A stretch of DNA of 20,000 nucleotides from Paramecium tetraurelia (Eukaryota). Below are positions 1-10,710 of this stretch, one piece after another; within the stretch, counting starts at the first letter, position 1; every line of letters begins with the position of its first letter. The stretch lies in contig CT868263.1 in NCBI GenBank assembly GCA_000165425.1, positions 489,103 through 509,102 of the forward strand, given 5' to 3'. Both the position numbers and the translations under genes were made by a program. The notes below the pieces were generated by a model, which saw only the letters and a program-made list of their open reading frames with translations, searched no databases and was not told the DNA's origin.

Positions 1-45
1 GCAATATCTACTTATTTATAATTTAATATTCATTATATATTCATA

Positions 46-1497
46 ATGAACTTTTATTAGAAGAAGCTTTTGTGGTCATTTAGCAAATAATGACCTTTTT
101 TGGATTAAACCTCCTTAAAATAAATTAGACATATAGCTCGAAGGGTTTTTCATTATTTTAAGATAGAATAATCTGAAAATGAAGAAATTAAAAATTGCTG
201 ATCATGTGATATTTTATTCTAAATCAGTAAACATATTTCTAATACAAGAAATCCATAAATTGCTCGAATTGCTAACTAGAAAGAGTTAAAAATTCTTTAG
301 TTATTTAATCAGGTTTAAAAATTAGCAAATAGGGAAAATACCTTGAAATATTTGGAGAAATAGATTAATTATATGATCATTTAAAGAAATATTGTGTGTA
401 AATCAATTTTTTACAGATTTACAAATTGTGTTCTGTCAATGTTGAAAAAGAAAAAAAGAAGGTTTAATATATTAAAATTTTAGATTTATAAGATCCGCCA
501 ACGAGTAACCAATGACGAAAAAATAGCAAAGGTTTACGAACTAGATGGAGGAGATATTTAATAGATAAATAAAGAAATATAGATTTTACGATTATTGAAG
601 CATAAAAATATTGTACAAATGGAAGAAGTATACTAAGAAGATAATCGGCTTATTTTAGTTTTTGATAATCTTGAAGGAGGTGACTTAGCTAAAATAATGC
701 TCCTTAAACAATTTTGTGAGGACACTATTAGAATAATAATTAAACAAATTTTACAAGGCATAGTCTACTTACATGATTTGGGCATATTTCACAGAGATCT
801 AAAACCAGAAAACATTTTGTTTAAAAATTAAGAGCAAATCGAATAATTATAAATAATTGATTTTGCTCTTGCTGACTTTTATTGTGGTGAAAACAAGTAT
901 ATTTTTACCCGATGTGGAACTCCAGGGTATGTAGCCCCAGAAATTCTTTAAGATAAAAGATACACTTTGAATGTAGATGTTTTTAGCGTTGGAGTTATCT
1001 TATTTATGCTGCTAACTCAGAAGAATCCATTTATTAAGGAATAATTTAACTATGAATAAATAATTACTGCCAATTATGATTGTTAAATTGATTATTCTGA
1101 GGTCAAATGTTCGACGGAGTGCCTTGATCTATTAAAGAAATGTCTTAAAGTAGATTAACATAAAAGAATTTCTGCAAGGGATGCATTAAGTCACCCTTTT
1201 ATCTTAGGAACTTTCTCAACAGAGTAGATATAGTTTAGGATTAAAACTTAAAGTTAACTCTAAAAACAAAAATCGAATGGATCTCTTCGAAAAATTATTC
1301 ATATTGGAAGTCTAGATAGTCCAAGGTTTTCTTAAAAATAGAGTATTAAATCACTTCACACTGAAAGCCCTATCGACACTACATCAGATAGTCCAGGAAC
1401 GCCAAAATCGGCAAGAACTGAAAATAGATTTTCTAATTTTAAATTCTCAAAATAACAATAATGGAATTCATTTCGTGTGTCAAAATTTAAAAAATGA
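46..1497 (+). CDS. CAMK-like Ser/Thr protein kinase with N-terminal extension; atypical (no Gly loop, DFA for DFG); start uncertain (ATG46 needs a +1 shift, alternative ATG179)
   Basis: Ciliate-code translation with introns 227-248 and 462-483 (both 22 nt, GT..AG) gives [63 protein letters not shown] and [13 protein letters not shown], ending at TGA 1495-1497. Confidence 0.88.
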
Positions 1498-1590
1498 TAC
1501 AAATAATCAAATTACATTGTATTTAAATTTATAATAAAATCAATTTATATCTTAATTGACTTCTCCTTGATTCGTTCAACTTTATATCTT

Positions 1591-2040
1591 TCAATAAAAA
1601 GGCTTATAAATAAACTTCCTGAATTTTCCTCCCATCAGAAATTGAAATATTGTATGAGTTAGGTTCAGAAATGAATTTAAACTAATAGTTATTTTTTGAA
1701 TATCATTTGAAAGTCCGAATATCCATAGCTAAAGAGAGTAATTTAGGATATTAAATGTATTAAAATTTGCAACTAACTATTTTGTCAATACAATTTTAAT
1801 TTGCAAATTTCGTACTAATTTTTACTATCTGAATGCAGTATTGTATTCACAAATGCTAAGAGCACGTCTCTAGATGCTATCATTTGTAAATATTAATTAC
1901 ATTAATAGTAATTACATTTTCTGAATAAGGAGAGGATCAACAAACAAGAATAAAAAAGTTGTCCTAAAGGGATCTTGAAAACAATTACTTGAAATCAATT
2001 TTAATTTTAAATCAGCAAATACATATTACTAATAATGCAT
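1591..2040 (-). CDS. Possible 149-aa hypothetical protein or decayed gene remnant
   Basis: Open frame ATG2040 to TGA1591 under the ciliate code (MHYQQYVFADLK...KFIYKPFY). No motif recognised, and the ATG lies only 19 bp from the upstream stop, so it may be a chance ORF. Confidence 0.25.
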
Positions 2041-2059
2041 AATGTTTAAATTAAATTAA

Positions 2060-3481
2060 TCAATTTTATTTTATTAATAATTCTAAAGGTTCTATGTGAA
2101 CCACTTTATTTTACGTCTATTCAAATGAATCAAAAGGATAGACCATCATTTAATTAGATTCTTTCATATTTATAGTTTCAAACAGATTCTCAGAAATCAA
2201 CCCTCCAAAAGTATGACAAAATTAAAATGCTTAATTCCCTAATTGCTATTGAAAAACAAATTATAATCTAGATATCTCATATAATATATTGTTTAACCTA
2301 CATTTTTATTTAGCCCCTTTTTATAACATTTTATAAGCTGAACTTACACTTTATTTTGGAGATTTAGTTTTTTCTTTATGATTGAACTTTATTTGATTAA
2401 ATCGATCTAATTGTAATTCTTTAAATTCTGGATAATACATCGTTATGATATCATGAGTTTATTAATTTTCAAATAATTATTTATTATAGTACACAGCAAA
2501 ATATTATAAGATAAAAATCAATTAAACTATCGATCCTATTTAAGCTAATATTTAACCTAATTTAGGCATAATTACATTTTCAACTATAGAAATATTGTCA
2601 ATTCTAAATAAATAAGAATTTATTGCACTTACTTTATACTATCCTTTAGACATAAAATAAATTTAGGATGTCATAAAATCAATATCTACTGATTAATTTG
2701 TAATTTCATAATTATTCAAGAAAAAATAATGTCTGAGCTTATCGAAAAGAATTCCATCATCAATTATAGTTTCCTATTATTTTAACATAACCTAAGAATA
2801 AATTGTTCTTCTTGGATCAAAAGCAGAATAGAATTATTTTTCAAACGATTCTAGTTCTCTTGTAACATAATTTAATTGATGTAGCTTAATTGTGATAAAC
2901 AGAAATCCATGATCATTTTATATGTATTGTTATATTTCATTAGCATCTGCACAAGTTATCCCTTTTATATTTAATTCATCTGAACACATCACAAAAGTTA
3001 GCAAATATTGTTTCATTTCTTTATGTATTTCATCCTTTCCATATACATTATTCAAAATTAGTGATCCTTCCTCAACTTAAAACTATCTGGGGTGGTCTTC
3101 TGTGCTATACAATAACATAGGTTAATCTTCGATCCTGCTATCAAGAATGGTAAATAATAAGGGAGTAATAAAGTTCTTTTCTTTTCTAAAAGGATCAATA
3201 TCTGAGGAAAAGTCATATAAACTAAATGTGATTAATGGTTCAGACCATGCAAATTCTGAATATCCAGTTGTTTGTTACTTTGCACTTACATTTGGAGGGA
3301 CCTAATTATTTATCCATAAGATCATGATATAGAAAAAATAAGCCAAACTTGTGCTTCCTACTATTAGTGAAATAAATCCTCCTAATTTGCTTTTGAACTT
3401 TGGTTCATTTTCGTTTGTTAATAAAGCTACAGGTACACCGAAGATATCTAATTTTTCTATTGAATCAATAATTTTATTCAT
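2060..3481 (-). CDS. Ciliate expanded-family transmembrane protein (two TM helices flanking a large loop), 473 aa
   Basis: Intronless ORF of 1422 nt. N-terminus reads LDIFGVPV...FKSKLGGFISLIVGSTSLAYFFYIMILW (TM1); the second hydrophobic segment is LGQILAQIGSIVQLIFILQYFAVYY, followed by NILYEISRLQF. This resembles a large ciliate 'transmembrane protein, putative' family. Confidence 0.85.
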
Positions 3482-3592
3482 TTTATAATTTTAATTGATA
3501 TTAAACCTTTAAATTTGTTTAATTAATCAATCTTAAAATCAGGAAAAACGAAAAGATATTAGAAGCTCAAAAATAAATAAAATAATAAACAT

Positions 3593-4831
3593 TCAATTAA
3601 AATCAAGTTTGTTACTTTTCAGATAATAGGAAGTACTTTTCTTAAGCTTTTGGGCAACTTACTCAACGATTTAATCTTCAAACTCTAAAAACTTCATAAT
3701 TTTTATTGCTTAGTAAATTGGGGTTAGATTATAAAATATTGTAATGCCTGAGAAATCATCGAAATCATTAAAATCATTGATTTCATTTTATATCAATAAA
3801 TCTTGTTCCTATTTGGAAAATGTTTGAGGGATTTTTTGTAAACAATTTATTCTATCAAATATATTCATCTAGGTTTCAATAATGATTTATTCATTGCATT
3901 AAATATCTAGCATATAATCCTGATAGATCTTTCTAGAAACCAGCCCAAAAGTATTTATATCAAATAAACATAATTATTCAAGTTCCTCTTCGTTTTAAGA
4001 AGATATTTTACAACAAATGTATAAATCATTTACAAATAAGATTTGTTCAATACTTATAATATAATTAAAATAATTGATTTCAAAAATTCTTATTGATTCA
4101 TTTTACTCATTAATAAACTCTATGAAGGAATTTAAATCAGTTTTAGGAGTAAAAGCCAATAATATTTATTTATTTGATTAAGCACATCCATTTAAAGAAT
4201 TCCTATCATTTAGAAATTTCGATTATAAGTTTTATTGAACTCCTTATGAATTTATTTCACAGAGTGTTTATTCCAAATCATTTTCTAAATATAATGCGAT
4301 AAAATAGTTATGCTAATTTAATTAATAAATGGATTTCAAGAGTTAATTTTGTTTTTTATCTATGAGATTAAATTAAGACTAAATTTCCAAATTGCTATTT
4401 AAAAAGTAACAAATAATAGAACCGAATTCATATTGAATTAATAACATAGTTAATTTGGTTATTCTAAAATAAAAGGTTGTATAGCTTTGATAAGTTTGAG
4501 GAAGCTTGAATTTTGTTTATACTTTATTCATTTTGAGGAAGTCAAATGACTCAATCATAAAAGCATCACTTTGATCATAATGAGCCAAGGCTAAGCTGGA
4601 TTCTCCACATAAAAAAGCAAAAAAAGGAATGTAGTCAATCTTTCTAATCTATAATAGTAAATATTACATCAATTTTCGGGTATCTTTTAGTTCAAGTTCT
4701 ATTACATCATAATAATAGTCTTTATTAAAATTTATAAGCATTACAACCAGACCACAATTTAAATAATACGTTTAATGAAGTTCGCTCTGCTTTCTTAATT
4801 GAACATTCTCTAATTAATTAAATTCAAACAT
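3593..4831 (-). CDS. Hypothetical protein, 412 aa
   Basis: Uninterrupted 1239-nt frame from ATG4831 (MFEFNQLENVQLRK) to TGA3593 under the ciliate code; no domain recognised. Confidence 0.75.
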
Positions 4832-4858
4832 TATTATTAATAATATAAAAGAAAATAA

Positions 4859-5778
4859 ATGTCAGACGATCCCAGATTCAAAATTGTTGAAGGAATAGAT
4901 GGAGATTATGTGATCATAGGGTTTCCTCATCATATAGGAGCCAAAAGAGACAATGTTCGAATTGGATAGGACCATGGACCTGATTCTTTAAGAAGATTCT
5001 TGCCTAGAATTGGTCCATTAAGGAATGCTGAATATATGAAAGATATTAGTAATTTTATAGTTTCGGATTATGGAAATATACATGTTGACGATGATTAAAA
5101 TTTAGAAAAACTTTTGGAAAAATTGAATCAGAAAGTGAAAATTGTACACAATAAGAATCACATTCCAATTGTAATAGGAGGATCCAAGGATTGTGTTTTT
5201 GGTGTTCTTAGTGATGATTTGCATGTGATTTCAATTAATCATATTCCTGATATTCAAGTACCATATGATGGCAATAAACCAAGTATTAACTCAGGATTAA
5301 GAGCATCGACAAGTAAAATATCAATTACCTATTTTGGGTATGATAATAGCAAATTAAATTAAGAATAAGAAAATTATATAAATGAAAAATGTAATGGAAT
5401 TAGCTTATAGAAGATTAGGTAAGCATAGAAGGCATTTCATCAAGATCTGGAATAATAAGTTACACAGGCTGGAATTTTATTTAAATAAATACTTACAAAT
5501 CTTTAAGGGAAAAGAATTCATATTTCTATTTCTTTAGAAGCCATAGATGTATATCTTAATAATTATTATAGTCGGCTTTTTGTCCTGGAGTAAGCAGGCC
5601 TTGTGTGTAAGGCTTATAAGTAGAAGAAATATTTGAAATAGTTTATTTGGCAGGTAAATTTTGTGTTGGTTTGGATATTACTGATTATAATCCAACAATT
5701 GAGGATTATCGTACAGGGTTTTTATTAGGAAATCTAATTTATTATTTTATTTTATCAAAAGGAAAGGATATTAAGTGA
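4859..5778 (+). CDS. Ureohydrolase (arginase/formiminoglutamase-like) fold protein with degenerate metal site, 298 aa
   Basis: MSDDPRF, VIIGFPHHIG, GQDHGPDSLRRFL, DYGNI, PIVIGGSKD, SLEAIDSAFCPGVSRPCVQGL and DITDYNPTIEDYRT; intron 5549-5571 (23 nt). Motif order matches formiminoglutamase (HutG-type) proteins. Confidence 0.88.
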
Positions 5779-5847
5779 TATTAATTTTTTGGTATAAATT
5801 TCCCATAAATTATTCCAAATTAATTTATATATTAAAGAATTAAAATA

Positions 5848-7592
5848 ATGATTTAAAAGCATCCTCAAGTAATAACAGTTCTTTTAATTTCTGAAAACGA
5901 AGAAAAAGTCTAGAATTTCATGAAACGAATAAATTCAAATAAGCTAGAAAATCAAGAGAGAACTATTAATCTTTATTATTAACCAATTGATTTAAATAAT
6001 GATCATAAATGCTTACAATAATTATCAATGTTTGAATATGCAATTCTCTTTTTGAAGGATTTAGAATTTCATTAATTCACTATGGACAACTATAATTTTA
6101 GAATGCTCAAATTACTGCAGTTTTATAAGTACATAATAAAAATTTAACTTTAGATATAAATAAATCTTTATTATTTATGATGAAAATGATAGTAATTCAA
6201 GTATTGCATAATTATAGAATCTATACTCTTGGATTGATCAAGAAGTTAATTCGATCTTCTATGACGAAAGATTTAACGATTAGCAAGAAGAAAACTAGCT
6301 AGGGTTTTCAATCCCTAAAATTAAAATCTTAAGTGAACCAACTCAGAATGATTTCATGGAATTTTTCAACGATGAAGCAGATATTAAAGATTCTGATTTA
6401 ATCTTAGCAATCATTAATGAAACAGAGGTGAACAAAGGCATAGCATAAGTGATAGATGGATTCATTTTGAATGGATAAACTGTGCTTTATCAAGAATAAG
6501 TTGCATTATAAAAAGTATAAATTAAAAACTTTGTTGATTACTTTTCAAAATAAGAAAAGAATTTTGCATAAAAAGGAGATATTATTGAATTTTAATTTGA
6601 TTTAAAAAAGAAAATAAATGGGCTTCTAATAGGATTAAGGTAAGATAAATATCTACTCCAACCTAAAGAAATCAAAGGTGATTTTATATGTCCATAGATA
6701 GTGGGATAGGGTGGAATATAGAAAATCTAGAAATCAGATTCAAAGGCATTTTTTTATGGAATTGAATGTATATATTTTAATTACAATTAAAGGTTAGATT
6801 GAGAAGAAAAAAATATTTGGATAATTAGAGAATGGTACTTATAAAGATTTCAAGAATATAACATCAAAACCATTTGGAATGTCATTTAGGATTAGTAAAC
6901 AACTTTACTTGACTCCAAACATACTTTAAAAGAATATAATTTTATCTATTCCCAAAAACAAGAATTTAACATAACAATAAATTTTTTGTGGAAAAATAAA
7001 GACTTAAGATATATTTTAAGTCACAAAAGTGCAGGTTCAAAAGAAAAAAGTAGTTTTAATTCCTGAATTGACAAGTATTCCATCAGAAAATATGATCAAC
7101 AATGGGGTGGACTATAGATAAAGATGTAGAGTGTGCAGAACTGAAAGGGCTAGATATGTTCCTACTAATTGTGGGCATCTAAGATATTGCAACGATTGTA
7201 AAGATATATGTATGGAAGCAAAACAGTGCTTATATTGCGATAAACCTAGCAATAACACTCAAAGTTTCAATATTCATCTTACAAAATAACAACTTTAAAA
7301 TCTCAAATCAATGACTGAATAACAAATTATTGAATATTTTGCAAACCATCCTGATAAAGAAATGCTGCCTTTTATGAAAGTTTATAATGAAATTAACGAT
7401 GAATAGAACATTTATTTCGAAGTAAACTGCGACAACTGCGATTCAAGAATTACTCAATACTCTATTTGTATTAATAATCATTAAACACTACTTTGTGATG
7501 AATGTTAAATAAAGGAATGTTAGGCATGCAAGGATCAATTACAAAATAAATAAAAAATTATCTTTACATTTCCAGATGATCCAACTGCATGA
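5848..7592 (+). CDS. Degenerate EF1A/eRF3/HBS1-like scaffold fused to two RING fingers (paralog A), 564 aa
   Basis: Introns 6129-6153 and 6768-6792 (25 nt each) restore one frame to TGA 7590-7592. RING1 is CRVC-x11-CGH-x3-CNDC-x9-CLYC (7125-7238); RING2 is CDNC-x9-C-x3-H-x4-CDEC-x4-CQAC (7428-7529). The EF1A-like assignment is inferred from motif order. Confidence 0.88.
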
Positions 7593-7782
7593 ATTTATAA
7601 TCAAAAGTTTTATTAAACAATATTCTGAAAAATAAAAAAGAATTAATCCTCTTAATTATTATTATATTATTATATATATTTGATACATTCAGATATTATA
7701 GGATAGAAAAAGAATTTATTTTTTTTTACATGATCATAAATATTCTTTTATGATCTTGAAGTATTTAATAATAATAATTTAA

Positions 7783-9479
7783 ATGAATATAGTTCTTATA
7801 GCATTTTCAGAAGAATAACAAATATAAACAGCAGATAAATACCAATTTGCTTCCACATGCTATATAACATCTGATATTTACCAGCAATAAAAAGAATTAT
7901 GGAAATTTGATAAAGCTGTTGTTGTTCTTGATTAATTTCCTATAAATTTATCTAAATTAAATAAAGATGAACACCTAACAAACAGTTTAGATCCTAATTT
8001 TTCACTATTTAAAACTCTCAAATTATTAGGGTAAAATTATTCTCTTATATTTTTAGTTATCAATAAGTTTTAGTTTCTTTGGAATAAATAAAATTATAAA
8101 AATACAAGCAGGCAATTTCATAATTAGAATAAACTATTATATCTATATTCAACGATTAAGAAAGAATAATTGAAGAAGAAAGAAATGTCTTTTCGCTTAA
8201 AAATCCAACCGTGAAAGTTGTGTAAAATTGTGAATAGAATGAAATTTAAAAATTCTTTCTTAATGAAATAAATTTAACTACAAATTAAATTGATTAAACA
8301 GAATGTATTGTAGTGAGACATGAAGAAGCATTTCATATTGTTAAGGTTCTTTAAGGAGCATTATATGTAGGATAGTTTTTAAAATCGACCACATGTTAAG
8401 CCTGGATATAATAAGTAAAGATTAGTCCAGGAGGTGAAGGTAAAAAATAAAATAAACATAGTGTTTGTTAAATTTGAAGAGAATAAAATATTATAAGGAA
8501 TATTATGTAGCTATCAACATTGTCCTGAATAAATTAATGCATTCGATGTTGAAATATAATTAAGTGAATTACCAATATTGCTTCCAAAAGATGTGTTTAG
8601 AAAAATGGGTTAACTTAAGATGATATTTTACAATCAGGAATATTTGATATAGAACAGCCATAATAGTCCAATTTAATTTTAGGGCATTAAAGATAAAATA
8701 AATGGAAAAATAACTGAAAATCCAACAAAAGTTAATTTTGGTATATGCAAGTTAACACTAAAAATTATCCCAGAAGGGGAGAAAATACTGTTGAATATTA
8801 ATTCAAAGCCCATTGTTTAGTATTTTTTAAATATTAAATTAGTTTTCTTAATAATTATAATACAGTTGTTTTTTATGGACAAATTACAAATATATTAGAA
8901 AGGAAAAATAGATAAATAGATTTAGCATAATATCTTCCTCTTCCAAAATTTGAAAGAACTAAAAATATGACTCTAATAAATAATGAGGATTTAAGATACT
9001 TGTGTAGAATTTGTAAGGCGAAATAAGTTAATCGAGTATTGAAAGAATGTGGTCATTTAAGATATTGTAGTGAATGTGTTGATTTATGTCTTGAATCTAA
9101 GGAATGTTTTTATTGCAATAGATCCCTAAGTAAGTGTTATGCTGTTTCTATAATATATTTGGACTAGATAACTTTTGATTAATTATCTAAAAAGAAAAAC
9201 TAAATTTCTTAAATCAACCCTTCCAAGATAATTTAAGATGAAAACATTTCAACATATTTAAAACTTATCTATGAATAATAAAAGGGGGGAAAGATTAACT
9301 TTTAGACAATTTATTGCAAAATTTGTGATGATTTATTGGCATAAAGATTATTTTCTTGTTCAAATGAACACGTCACATTAACTTGTGAGGAATGCAATCC
9401 TAAAGATTGCAAGGAATGCAAAGCAGACATGATCTAAAAAGTTGAAATTTTATATAAATTTTAAGATGATTTATATTGA
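7783..9479 (+). CDS. Degenerate EF1A/eRF3/HBS1-like scaffold fused to two RING fingers (paralog B), 541 aa
   Basis: Introns 8031-8056 (26 nt), 8440-8461 (22 nt) and 8820-8842 (23 nt); stop TGA 9477-9479. RING1 is CRIC-x11-CGH-x3-CSEC-x9-CFYC (9003-9116); RING2 is CKIC-x10-C-x3-H-x4-CEEC-x4-CKEC (9315-9419). The EF1A-like assignment is inferred from motif order. Confidence 0.88.
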
Positions 9480-9826
9480 ATATTGGTATAAAATGTATTT
9501 TAAAAATATTATTTATTTTATATCAACAGTGAATTATTATTACAAACCTTTTTGAAATTTTAACTCATTTATATTTGATTTAATATTATTGGAAAATGTG
9601 AGAGAAGTTACAGCCCAATTTCTACAGATTAACGATCCAATATTATTATTCTCAAAAAAAGTATTAGTCTGAATAATTTAAAAAGATTAAAATTTCATTT
9701 AAATTTCAGATGTTATGAGGATTTCATAATAAAATAAAAGGATGGAGGCAAAAATCAAAACTATATTGACAGAAAAATATTTACTTAATATATAAATAAT
9801 AGTTCAATTTTGAATACAAGTTAAAT

Positions 9827-10489
9827 TCACAATTAAGATGGAACTGTTTAGCATGTGTGTTATCTATTTCTTTCGCTAGTTTACAAAACTTATTTTAGAA
9901 TTAATTTATTACATTTCCGTTAAGACTGCGATGAAGAAATCAACCTTCTTTAAAATTCTTATTATGCTAACACATTAAAATCATTGTAAGTTCCTTTATA
10001 ATTTTAAAGATTACTTTTTGTTTTTTATAAATTTTCTCTATATTACTTTATTCTCTCATTATCCTTCTTGAGAAATTTGATAGGATATTATGAGTGGGCT
10101 GATTAAAGCCTTTTTAATAAAGTCTAATTTTCCAATATTATTTTTGTAGTTTCTTTTCTTCTTAAATGATCAATTGAATATGATGTTGGAGTCTTGAAAC
10201 TAATTTTTTTTTTTTGTATTTCCTTCATTTTAGACATAAGTATAAGGTTTTGATTAACAATATCTAAGTCTTATACTAAAGGAAATTAGAGTTTATCAAA
10301 TACAATGTGTATATTTATTGGCTAATTTTGACAATGAATGCGTTGATTACCAAGGAGGAGAAAGATGTAGGCATGACTTCGCTGTTTAAAGGGTTGTAAT
10401 GTGTTTAAGTTGATCCTAATTTATTCTATATATACTTGAGCTGTTTTCTTTTTAAAACATATCGGATTTTAGTAAAGGAGATTCCACAT
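9827..10489 (-). CDS. CFAP97/Hemingway (KIAA1430)-like ciliary coiled-coil protein, 204 aa
   Basis: ATG10489 (MWNLLYQNPICF) with introns 10416-10435 (20 nt) and 10276-10303 (28 nt). Motifs KHITTLQTAKSCLHLSPP, IVNQNLILMSKMKEI and RRKETTKIILENQTLLKRLQSAHSQY resemble the CFAP97 domain. Confidence 0.75.
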
Positions 10490-10710
10490 TTTATGCTTTA
10501 ATAAAAATATTAGTATAAATTATTTCTATAAGTTAATTCCTTTACGATAGTTAATAAATTGCTTTTAATGGACAGTAAAACAAATAATAATCTTAACTTG
10601 GTTTTGCATTTAATAATTATCAAACCATCAAAATTTTCTTTTAAAATTATTAATCTAGTTTAATTGAGGTATTAGAAGTATTTTTATCATTATGATGCAT
10701 TAATAAAAAA

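Noticed and set aside
9480..9826. Possible small gene between RING paralog B and the CFAP97-like gene
   Set aside because: No convincing ATG-to-TGA frame or motif; treated as intergenic.
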